DNA of 61,509 bases, the filler included, from Hausera hauseri (taxonomy: Eukaryota), in assembly GCA_046269625.1 (NCBI GenBank). It is 11 parts of 11 records of this genome, joined end to end, with 100 filler letters (N's around TTAATTAATTAA, not from the genome) between each part and the next. Parts side by side here need not be neighbours in the genome. Positions count along the whole stretch, not along the records: positions 30,706 to 36,323 come from JBJURY010219742.1; positions 36,424 to 40,456 come from JBJURY010805532.1; positions 40,557 to 44,786 come from JBJURY010687327.1; positions 44,887 to 49,118 come from JBJURY010686438.1; 7 more parts are not named here. One strand, given 5' to 3'. Positions 33,701 through 44,899 of this stretch are shown piece by piece. The translations under genes were made by a program, and so were the position numbers. The notes beneath the pieces are model-generated. The model had not been told where the DNA came from and made no database searches. It saw nothing but the letters and a program-made list of their open reading frames with translations. How positions within the stretch are numbered: position 1 is the stretch's first letter; the number at the start of each line of letters is the position of its first letter.

Positions 33701-34760
33701 TATCGTCGCAGAAAATCTGAATTATGCTGCCTAGTTACACAGCGTTTGTAGGTGAGCCAACGACGTACGTAGGAACTCAGAAGGTTTTTGTGTTCCCATG
33801 GCGTTATCATTAAAAAATCTATGGATTATGGAATCAATGGACGGTTCGGTAAGTTTTAAGACTGCGTTATAGAGATGTGTGTACGGGTCGGATTGTTGAA
33901 AAATGTCTAAAATGTTGTGAAGAGAAGTTTTAACTGTGTTTGCTAAGAGATAAAGCAAATTATAAGCTTTTTCTGAGGTATGAATAATGCTGTTAGGCTG
34001 CAGCTAAAGTTTGTAAAAGCTGAGCCAGGTTTTATTAGATTTTTAGTCATCGATAAAATACTCCGTGCACTGAAAGGAAGTGTGTTTGGCTAGAAGTATG
34101 GAGGATGTATAACTGGTGAAAGTAGATGGCGTGGTTACGGTCGTTGATTTCTGGTGGAAAGCAAAATGTGATGATTTAGAGGTAGTTTTGTCAGTGGCGT
34201 CAATTGCGGATGAAGAGTCCATTCTACCACGTATGCGCAAATGTACATGAATAATTAAGTGTTCGGTTGAAGGAGAAAAAAATTTGCAGTCATTGACATT
34301 AACCAATACTAGATTATTAATATTTAAGTAAAAGTCTGAAAGAGTATTAAAATGTTGTATAAATTTGTTTAAGTACAGTGTATCCATATGGTATGCTATG
34401 TCGTGCGTCAGTATTTGCGAGTTATTTATGAAAAAAGAAAACGAGAGGGATGTCACAGGCCCTAGTGGATGGTGTGGTGATGGAATGAACCATGTTGTGG
34501 GATCCACTGACATTGGACGGACGGTTGGGTAGTCGGTCACGCTGTGATTTGCTTGTAACTCAAGAGTATTGTTGCATGCATATGGACAGAAATCTGAACT
34601 ATCAAGGTAAATGGGCTGTAAAGGACTACCTGAACGGAGGGCAAAGTTTAAAAGGGGTAATATTGTGCCAAACATGTTGAGAACAAAAATATGAGAGAAA
34701 AAGGAAAAAGGAATCGTTAATAATAAGAAAATTAAAATAGTTGCCTGAAAAATAGAACGC
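30706..34760 (-). mobile_element. Decayed Ty3/Gypsy element (family B, copy 1): gag, PR, RT, RH, IN
   Basis: Gag DPY..L..MGTQKPSEFLR and two CxxH..F..A.KC motifs; PR FLIDTGAAVS; RT DLAKTYHQI, PFGLRNA, YIDD; IN HPG..CVACQ and VHVDLVGPLP. Many frameshifts. Confidence 0.9.
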
Positions 34761-34949
34761 AATGACGAATTTCACCCCATCGTGCGCTGGTTTCTCCGCG
34801 GATGGCTGTATAATTTTGCATTGTGGGCACTGCAGATCGACTTTCTCAGGTTGTGTCATCCTACGAGCGATCTGCGTACTCAACGACTCTTTGTTTTGTT
34901 TTCGAAACACTCGATATATTCGTGGTTGTCTTAAATGTATCAGTAGTCT

Positions 34950-36250
34950 ATGATCTTGTCCGAGAAGAAATCTTTGAAGTAGGAATCGATGATTCCGATA
35001 GCGTTGTTGGAAATATGTTCTTTGAGATTGTAGTTTCTTTTGAATGGGGAACAGGACTAGGCCTTGTAGAAGGGTATATAATAGAAAACAACGTTGATTT
35101 TGTAGTTATCATGGTACTAATGGGCGACTTGGGTACCAATGATGTTGAATTCACGATGGGACTGATTGTAACAGATGATGGATTTGTATTGGTTAAAGTC
35201 TTTAGATGATTCAGTTAGATGCGTCGTACTTGATTAACGGGAGTGTCTAATCTTATGCACGGTAGCCCATTTATAACAAAGAAATTATGGAATGTTTTTT
35301 TCCTTCATTAGTAAGACTAAATCCAGTAATTTGAATGCTGACAGATACATATTGAGTCTCTTGTTCATTTCCGAATATCTACAGCTGCTCTGATTACTGG
35401 ATAGATATGTAATTAAACTTTGACACACTGGTAACAATGCTGGAATATATATATGCCACAATGATGTAAGGTTTTGCGGTGACATGCGGAACAAAATGAC
35501 TCGAAAGCACCAAAACAACTGCGTTCGAATTTGAGGAATTACGCCCAAACGAAAGGAGTCGCTGAGCCTTTTTTGTATTTCGGGCATTGACTTGACATGT
35601 TGATCGGTTTCACTGCTCAAAATAATATAGGCCACTTTCTTCAAACAAACAGCAGCCATATCATATTCAGCTTCTTTGAAAATATAAATACTCAAACCTC
35701 CACCTTGGTTAACGGTTAATTTTGTGAAAGCTTCTTTAAATGTGCTTTTGTCTTGAGTCATGAGATTATCAATTATTGATTTCCATGATTTTAAGGATTC
35801 GAGATCAAACTGGAAAAAGTAGTACTCAAAAAGTAGATCAAATAAATCTTTTCTCCGTGTTTTTCTGGTATGTTGATAACTACTTAATGAAGCCATAAGC
35901 TGACTAGCGGCACGTAAGTTAAGCAAATTTGCTTGACTTCTGACTTTGAGATATGGAAGAATATTTGGCAAAATAATGCTACTCAGAAACGGTTGAACTC
36001 TTTCTTTTTCATCACTTTTATAAATCACATCAAGAATGGGAGCTAAATACAGTGTCAAAAGTCGAATTGCTTGAACAGTAAGTATTCTGGATGACAGAGT
36101 AAGTCGAACATTAACTGCATCCATTTTGGTAGAGTTTTCAGAATACTGTGGTAAACTTTGCATAGATCTTGATCTTCGAAAATTAATACCAGCTGCTGGA
36201 ACCAGATTGACTAGTTGGGGAATCCGGTCGAACTTCAACGGGAGACGTAT
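34950..36250 (-). pseudogene. DOP1: Dopey (DOP1/pad-1) C-terminal region, probably a decayed duplicate
   Basis: SDEKERV, LPYLK, QLMASLSSYQHTRK, W..IIDNLMTQDKSTF, LKKVAY..DQ, FRVILFRMSPQNLTSLW. TAA at 35285 interrupts IP*FLCYKWA (consensus LPQFQMYRWAF). The conserved W of TRRAW is R. Confidence 0.8.
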
Positions 36251-36423
36251 AGGGGTTGTATATAATGTATATAATAAAATTATATATAATGTATATATGA
36301 ATGTATGTGTGTTCATGTTGATTNNNNNNNNNNNNNNNNNNNNNNNNNNNNNNNNNNNNNNNNNNNNTTAATTAATTAANNNNNNNNNNNNNNNNNNNNN
36401 NNNNNNNNNNNNNNNNNNNNNNN

Positions 36424-37342
36424 CAACGAAATCCGCATTCCGACCCAAACTGATGTAATTCACATTGCTATGGGTAAACGTTTCCGAATCGGTCGTATAA
36501 TTGCCCGTTTGTTGAACAGTCGTTTGAAATGTAACGAGCACAAATTTCGGCAATCGCATGTGGCCAATCAGTGCATCTTTGTCAAACGTTGTTGAACATT
36601 TCCGTATGGTGTAAAAGACGAGTTCTGTGCGTTGTATCGGTCAACAGGCACTTTGTGTTTCCAAGCCCAATCGATGTCTCATGAGCAGAGATGGTTCTAC
36701 TTTTACTCGACGTATGTATAATCGTGCCTCGGTTATTTTCAGTACGAGTTTGAGATTTGCAACGTCGGTTTTCAAACAAAAGGCATTGTCGCTTTGTTTG
36801 AGCCGAATCATAGCTTTAATACTGGGTAGTAGGTATTTCGGCTGATAGAAAAGTCAAAGTACAGCGGTCCACACATTGTAAGCGGTTTTGATTCTGCCAC
36901 CCATACTTCACGGTTTGCCGCTGTGGCATCGTATCCGATCGTTTTCACAAAATGAGTCGTTTTCGTGTCTGCTGCAATTCAGAGCCGTTTCAATGAGTGC
37001 TTTAATACTGTATAGACTGGTGTTGACTTCGATTTTGACGCTGTTTAGAGTCAATGAAGCCTCCTGGATCAGTGTGGCGAAAAAGTAATTAGCCGATGTG
37101 ACAGTGTCTGTTGCAGCGAGAACCGTTGACGCGTCCTTTTTACCAATGACTTTTACATAGAGTATCGTATCGTTCAAATCCAGGTATTCATTGTCCGATG
37201 CCATAATGTTGAATTGAATTTCAATGTTATCGTCCGTTCAAACCGAATCAACGGGGTAGATTTCTTCAAATGCCGCATTGTCAATAACAACTTGTGGCAC
37301 CGCTTTGTCAAATATACACAATTTAGATTTTGCAGATACCAT
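36424..37342 (-). pseudogene. Polinton/adintovirus-like major capsid protein (PY), N-terminal part
   Basis: MVSAKSKLCIFD..PQ..EEIYP..IQFNI...EYLDLNDTILYVK..LTLN..YSIKALIETAL..GPLYFDF..KYLL..ARLYIRRVKV.P..LPKFV..GNY, which is the PY pattern. Contains stops and frameshifts. Confidence 0.8.
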
Positions 37343-37499
37343 GTCAATCAAAAATCATACGATGACGACGTATGTTTATAGCTAATTTAGATTTTACACA
37401 ATTCAGATTTTGCAGATGCCATGTCAATTGAAAATCCTACGATGACGACGTTTTTATAGCTGATGACCTCGATGATGCTCTATGGCGTTTCCTCATCAT

Positions 37500-37787
37500 T
37501 AAGCCTCTGCTAGCGTATTGTTTTTTGACTTATTCAACGACTCCCGGTGCAGCATTTTTTATTTCGGACAAGGCGTGTTCCTTCAGTGATGGTAAAACCG
37601 ATGTATTTTCATATAGTCCGTCCTGTGCCATTTTTGCTGCCACGGCTCCAATACGTTTCAACACCGGAAATGCTAAACATGCCAATGTACGCAACCATCA
37701 AGAGCCATACTGTTTACCAACGAAATATGACAGTTACCCGCCCTGTTGGGATTTACTGTAAATAGAAACAATTTCAGAATCAATCAT
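37500..37787 (-). pseudogene. Small Polinton core-like protein upstream of the major capsid gene
   Basis: IYSKSQQGG*LSYFVGKQYGSWWLRTL..LAFPVLK matches the Y..Q.GG..PYF.G..Q.G.G...L.R...P.LK pattern found before PY genes. Confidence 0.6.
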
Positions 37788-37789
37788 AT

Positions 37790-38780
37790 TGGTTTCGACG
37801 GAAATGAAGCGTTAGACTGGTTGTGGTACCTTACGGAAGTTTAATAAGGTAGCCCGCGTTACATCGGATATTCACTTCAACATTGTTTATAGACGTAGAT
37901 GCCACAGGTAGGTACATTGGATTATTGCACGGAATAGCGGTACACGTACTCCACCGACCAAAATCGGTTCGGTGACGTTTACGTAAATGTACATTTAACT
38001 TAGTCCTGTTTTCAGTTTGGGTTTGAGTGTTGCAACATTTGCCACATCCGCTCCTGTCTGAAACTGCTGTTTTTCAAAACTCAGTACCATGACTAAAGCT
38101 TTGTTCAATGAAATGTCGACAATATCCTTGTGCATTTCAAATTTAATGTACCCATTTGTATCTGACTCGAAAACTTTAAATACCGCCTTGTACTTTTATC
38201 AGAAGAAAAGTGTTGACAGAGATGTGCTACAGATTCGCAATAGACATTGCTCCAATCGATATGTATGATGTTTACACCCTTTCGACTGCATAGGTAAATT
38301 TCACCGTTGTCTGGTAATGTACGGGACATAATCTTGGAGCAACTATATATTCACTTTTAATATGATTACCTTTGTACTCTATATTTTTGAATACAAATTT
38401 CTGCGCCATATCGAAAGATTCAAAGGTGACAGTAAATTCAAAATTTGACATAAAAACTAAGTTTACCCCTAAAATGTAAACACCGATTTTGCCGTGTGAA
38501 CCGGAACCTGTTTCGGTCGTTCAAATGGCCGATTTTTCAACAGTTATTTTATTGTTAGTAAGTATAAGGGCACAAGATTGGGTTTTGGTTTCAGTAACAG
38601 TTTTGTTGTACGTTATTTTCATACTACCTTTCAATGTCATTGGTGCGTAGGGAAATTTGAATTCCGTCAGTGCAACCTCCCATTGTTTAGCTGATAAATC
38701 CAAAGGATTGTTCCAATGTACAATGTATTCACTGGCTTAATTTTTCGGACGAGTCGTCGGACAACTGTTGCTCGCCAACA
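37790..38780 (-). pseudogene. Polinton minor capsid (penton/PX-like)
   Basis: N-terminal NKASEYIVHWNNPLDLSAKQWEVALTEFKFPY; C-terminal MYIYVNVTEPILVGGVRVPLFR..MYLPV..INNVEVNI. Confidence 0.75.
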
Positions 38781-39059
38781 CCACGTAAATACTAATGACC
38801 TCGATGATGATCGTGATCATGCAGTTTGTTTATTATTGATGACCACGACGACGACGAAAATGTGGCATCAAATGTGCCTTGACTCCGAACAGAAATTTAA
38901 TGAATTTCGAAAATTTGTTTACTATATACACGGAAATAATGTGCGCAACATTGTGAGACAACGGTAAATAAAAGTGTCTGATGAGCAGTTTCGCCCGGTG
39001 TTTTGTACGTGTCCCAATCCAGTCCAATAGAAGTCAGTAGTTGTTTACGGTCTCCGCCA

Positions 39060-39245
39060 ACATATACGGTTAGATCCGTTAAAATATTGATTCAATGAAA
39101 TGCTTCGTAGAGACGTGGTTTGTGTCTGGCAACAATGTCACTGGTGTATAGGGAAAGTTAAGTTCCGTTAGTGCAACCTCCCATTGTCCAGCAGATAAAT
39201 CCAAAGGATTGTTCCAATCTACAACGTATTCACTAGCCTTGCTTC
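39060..39245 (-). pseudogene. Second, short penton-like N-terminal copy
   Basis: KASEYVVDWNNPLDLSAGQWEVALTELNFPY; the DNA closely resembles ~38645-38740. Confidence 0.7.
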
Positions 39246-39258
39246 GTAAAGAATTTGT

Positions 39259-39775
39259 TTAGGCGACCGCACAGTGTTCGATTAAATCGTTCAACGAGTG
39301 CAGCTTGTACTTGGAAAACACCGAGTATTGGTTTACGCCGAACCGTTTCAAGACAGCTGCAACGTGGGTGTTGTAGAATTCCTTACCCAAATCCGTTTGT
39401 AAATGCTTCGGTTGTTGTTGTTGTTGTTGTATCAGTGTCCGAACAGCGTTGGCAATCTCTTTACCGGATTTAGATTTTACAGAAATTGCACGTGCAAATC
39501 GACTATACACATTAACACATGTCATCATGTACCGATATCCATCATTGATTCTGGCGTACGGAATCATTTCCATACATTTGCCATACATTATTTACACCGG
39601 TAGCAAGGTATACACGAGTTAGAAACTGCCTTTTTATCGGTTTGTTTAGGCTGTATGCTAACTGTTTCCCGAGCCAGCGTTGGTTCTGTTGCCGAGTCTG
39701 TTTGACAGTATTTGCCAGTTTGTCGACGCCAGTATAGCCGACGGGATGACGCGGGTTGAGCCACACATCGCCCAT
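39259..39775 (-). pseudogene. Polinton retroviral-like integrase, truncated
   Basis: WLNPRHPVGYTGVDKL..WL..Q.AYSL.KP..F..VWQM, NDGYRYMMTCVNVYSRFARA, PKHLQTDLGKEFYN. Frameshifted. Confidence 0.85.
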
Positions 39776-39922
39776 CGTTGCCGTCGATGGTGTCGGTTTT
39801 GCTTTCATTACAACAATTAGAACGAAACGTAAATGAAAGATTCGGTAAACTGAAATAGAAAGATGAAAACCATGCACCCATATTGCCGAATCATCATATA
39901 CTTACCGTCATTGTTTATACTA

Positions 39923-40258
39923 TCATGTTGTTTCAGAACCAATGAGTCCACCCAGTAATGACGTGACAATCGGTAGAATTGCATCAAGGAATCCGCCGTC
40001 TTGCTGGTACATGACCTCTCGTTTCAGTTGTTTACTACGGGCGTTGGCAAGGCCAATGAGTCGTTTTCGATACTTTAGTAAATTCGGCTTTCCACTACCA
40101 ATCTCAACGTGACCCACAACGATATTGTATAAAATTTCCATCAAATCGTCTACTACAAACTATGGGAATGATCGCAACATGTTTTCCTTATATCTCGTAG
40201 GTGCTTTGAGCAAGGCAACAAAGTACGGTTGACTACGTTTGAATCGCATTTTTGACAT
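39923..40258 (-). pseudogene. Polinton small protein with QxxGGF plus amphipathic tail (adenovirus pVI/pX-like maturation substrate)
   Basis: LMEILYNIVVG.V.I...L.KYRKRL..LA...KR....QQDGGFLDAILPIVTSLLGGLIG; one internal stop. Confidence 0.6.
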
Positions 40259-40556
40259 ATTGATGTTGAAGAGACGTAGTTGTTTATAACCATTGCCACT
40301 ATGACGGTAATTTGCATCTAGGTGCTGATGTTGTTGTTCGACGAAGCACAAAATTGATTAATCGCTTGACTGTAGCGGTGGTTCGTTTTGATACACGTTT
40401 CTTGCCGCCGGACACCCGCTTGGTAGGTTTACGTTTAACAATTGTTTTTCGGAAATNNNNNNNNNNNNNNNNNNNNNNNNNNNNNNNNNNNNNNNNNNNN
40501 TTAATTAATTAANNNNNNNNNNNNNNNNNNNNNNNNNNNNNNNNNNNNNNNNNNNN

Positions 40557-43500
40557 ACTGATCCGTTTCTTAAAGCTAATAGCTTGCTCATCTCTTTAAA
40601 GTCGCGCCTGTCAAACCTATTTGAAATTTTCATGAAGCTGACCCCTGCAACTATCTCTACGCTGCAATACTGAAACTTACTGAACATCATATAGACTTAG
40701 TAATCCAAAAATACTTTAATGACAACACATTAGGCAATATCAAACCTTCCGACTTTCTTTGAACTTTTTTATCGCAACTGAGCACACTAGGCGTAACACA
40801 ATCAACCAATTCCGATCTCTTAAGACTCTACTTTCTGCAAATTTTGCCCAAGAAAATTCGAGCTCTTCTAACTGTCGTGGAGGACAGCGGGTGACTGGAA
40901 AAATTGGCACAGCTGGCTGACAAAAGCTTTGATATACTACACAGTCAAACTCAACCCACAATTGCAGCAGCACTGACAACACCAACAATACACAATCAAA
41001 ACACAATATAAAACATTGGTAATCAGGTTCAATCATTGCACGCAGAGAATGTAGCACTACGACAAGCAATCACAGCCATCACAGATAAGTTCAATCAAAT
41101 TACAGTGCCACGCAGAACTTTTTCTGGGAATCAACAGCTCCCCGCAAGATCGAATCGTTCTTCGCGCAACTGTTCTCCTGTGCGCGCTCCGACCTGTTTT
41201 TTTCACTCCAAATTTAAGCAGAACGCAAATAAATGCTGCATATGATGCAGATTTTACAATCAAAGCTTTATATCAAATAACGCCTCCTGCATTTATCACA
41301 ATAAATTTCGCGGCAATGCTCGCAAGTGAATACCAGGTTGTAACTTTTACAATTCTTCGGCACAGTCAAACTCAACAACGCCTTCAAAAAACTAACCATG
41401 TCACCAGAAGTCACGGCAAACTCTGGTCATGGCTCAAACGCTTCATTAAACAGTCGTAATGCATTATTTGCTGTTATTACACTGTAAGCCACCATTACGT
41501 CTAAAAATTCTGCCATCAATATCCTCATTGATACTGTAGATGCAGTCTCACTCCTTCCTCTCTCTTATGAATCTCAAAAATCTTCTTCAATCAGTAAATC
41601 CTTATTTACAGCCAATGGTGAACCGTTGTGTACCATTGACGCAGCACATCTTTCTTCTTCTCTACCAGATTTTTCTAAACCTTTTCTTGGAAATTCATAA
41701 TAGCCAATGTGCAAAGTCCAGTACTTGGATCAGACTTTTTTTCACATTACAATTTATAAGTCGATTGTATACAGCGTCGTTTGACGGTAAGCCCTTCCTC
41801 CAAAATTTTATCAGTTTCATCGGTTTTACATTCAACTTCACCAGCGTGCAATTCAATTATAAAACCGAATCTCAAATCCATTTTAAAAAATAAAAATTTG
41901 ATAAATAATCTTGTATATTATGATACCTCGAATACCTACATTTCGAGCATTGAGAGTAATCAGTCTTCCTCTTCCGGCAACATCATCTCAAAAACCAACT
42001 TACCCAATGATTAAGTGTTCACGTCGTCATCATCCTTCATCCAACTGTCATCTGATCTTCAAGCATTTGTCACTACTCAATACCCAGAATTCTCAAAATA
42101 GATCAATTCTATAAGCCTTCCCCCAACACATTTCACCACATTGTTACTTCTCATCAACGTCCAATTCGGCAAGAAGTGCGACTTTTCTCACCACGTCGCA
42201 GAAAAGCCGTTGCTAAAGAATTTCAGACTTTAGAGAACGCTGGCATCATCAGATGTTCCAAATCACCATGGGCATCACCTTTACACGTCGTGCCCAGAAA
42301 GGACGGCACCTTCAGACCTTGTGGTGACTGCCGACAACTAAACATCATTGCAATCATGGCTGCATATCCATTACCTCTGATCAACGATATCATGCACAGA
42401 CTGCATGGTAAAACAATTTTTTCGTCCATCGATCTCCATAAGGCATATCACCAAATTTTTGTTGCTCTGGCTGACATACCGAAAACGGCTGTAATAACAC
42501 CATTCCGTCTTTTCGGATATGTCTATATGCCTTTTGGACTTCGCAGTGCCTCACAGACATGCCAGAGACACATTGATACATTTCTTGCCGGCCTAGACTT
42601 TGCTTCCCCATATATAGACGATATACTTATCGCGTCGTCATCCCCCAAACAGCATGCGGAACATTTGCGCATAACTTTCCAACGCTTGCACCAGAACAAC
42701 CTTGAAGTAAACTTTGCTAAAGGCTGTTTTTTCCAACATAGAATCAACTTTCTTGGACACGTTATCACCCAATCTGGCCATTCTCCCCAGCAAGATCGCA
42801 TCACTCAACTCAAAAATGTCCAAATACCACGCACATCAACAAAAATGCGCTCTTTCCTCGGAACGCTTCACTTCGTGCACAAGTATGTGCCTCATTGCTC
42901 AACACTAACGGCACCATTCGCCTCACTCAGGTCCGGTAAGAAGAAACAGCTTATTCACTGGACTGCTGACTTAGTCAATTCTTTCGATCACCTCAAGGAT
43001 AATTTAAGAACTGTGGAAATCCTTGCATACCCTTTTCCATATTCGGAACTTTTCTTAGCTGCATCAATTGAAAGACGGTTCTCATCAACCTCTTGAATTC
43101 CTCTCACGAAAATTCTCGAAAGTCGAACAACGCTACTCAACTTTCGACAGGAAACTTCTTGCAATGGTCTTAGCATTAAAGCATTTTAAACATCTTCTAA
43201 TTTCACGCACATTGACCATTCAAACGGACCACAAACCTCTACTTCACATTCTCACCATGAAATCTCCATCTCCATGTCAAGAGAGACAGATTTTATATCT
43301 CTCAACGTTCGCGTTCGAAATAAAACATATTTCAGGGGTTGACAATTTAGTGGCTTATTTTTTGTTGCGCTCTGTCGACTCTATCACATTTGCACCCATT
43401 TTTGATGGTGAGTTACCCCGACGATACCTGCCTGACGAGTCTATTCTCTCTGCCTTCAAATCTTACAAAATCATTGATGGCGTAGCTTTGGACACCTCTA

Positions 43501-44786
43501 ATCCTGTGTTTACTAAAATTATTCTATCACCTTCTTTGCAGAAAAACGCTTTCACCAATATCTATTTTTTGCATCATCCAGGATCAAAAGCTACTTATCG
43601 CCTTCTTAAACGCCAAGTGATATGCCTATCAATAAAAACAGATGTGCAGGACCGGTTTAGAGAGTGTGTGGTATGCCAGAAGTTTAAAGTAGCCAAGCAC
43701 CTCAAGCCGCCACTCTATCATTTTCCCTGCACATCACGTTTCAACACTGTCCACATCGACATAGTCGGACCTCTTCCACCTAACAACGGTCATAAATTCA
43801 TTCTTACAATGATGGATCGTGCTTCTAAATGACCAGAAGCCGTTCCACTTTGCTCAACCAACAATGAGATTATTGCAGATGTCTTCATATGCACATAGCT
43901 CAGCAAATTCGGCTCACCTAAGCACATAATCATTGATCAAGGCCCTCAGTTTGAATCGAATTTTTTCAAATCATTAGAAAATCGACTGGGGATCAAGCAT
44001 ATTCACACAACACCTTATCATCCTCAGTCAAATGGGCTACTGGAGCATTTTCATCGCACTATGAAAATCTCCCTTAAAATTCTAGCCGTTTGCAATGAAC
44101 ACTGGGTAAACTTTCTTCCTTACGTTCTACTGGGATGGCGGAACACCCCATCCACAACCACTTGCTGTTTGCCGTCCGAGGCACTCTTTGATGCACCAGT
44201 GCGTGCATTATTGGAGTTGGCGGAGTGCGATAAAACACCCACTGAAGATATAATCCGAGCTGTGCAGGAGCACTTTGTTGCGCTGAATAGCGATTCGTTC
44301 TGCAGAATTCTAAATCACAACAAAGCATACATTCCCGACACTCTATATACATCCACATTTGCTTGCCTGAAGAATCCAGTGTCGCATGAGTTCAAACCTC
44401 AGTACGTTGGGCCCTCCAAGTTAATTCGTCTGAACTCACATACTGCTATAATCCTCAAAAACGGAAAAGAATGCTCAGTGCGCATCATTAACATCAAACC
44501 AGCATTCTTTATCGATGGCAACCCTGATTATTCTGTTCCGCTTCGCAGAAATTCCTTTCTTGATGTTTTTAACAAGCCTTCTATTCCACCTCACAACAAA
44601 CCTCTCGTTGACTTTTCTTCTCAGCTTTCACTAAACCTTGAATCCTGTCCAGATATTTCTCAACTTTCGTCAAACGCAAAATGTTCTGATTCTTTTTCAG
44701 TTCACAATGACAGTTCCCTTCATGCCTTTCCTCAGTCTTCTTCAGACCTTCAATCTTTCAAACCTACTTTACCTTTCGCCACTTCG
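40557..44786 (+). mobile_element. Decayed Ty3/Gypsy element (family B, copy 2)
   Basis: LGNIKPSDFL; CFFHSKF and CIYHNKF; ILIDT; SPWASPLHVV; YIDD; YSTFDRKLLA; HHPG..CVVCQ; HIDIVGPLP; TTPYHPQSNG. Collinear with 30706-34760. Confidence 0.9.
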
Positions 44787-44899
44787 NNNNNNNNNNNNNN
44801 NNNNNNNNNNNNNNNNNNNNNNNNNNNNNNTTAATTAATTAANNNNNNNNNNNNNNNNNNNNNNNNNNNNNNNNNNNNNNNNNNNNTAATTTTATAACC

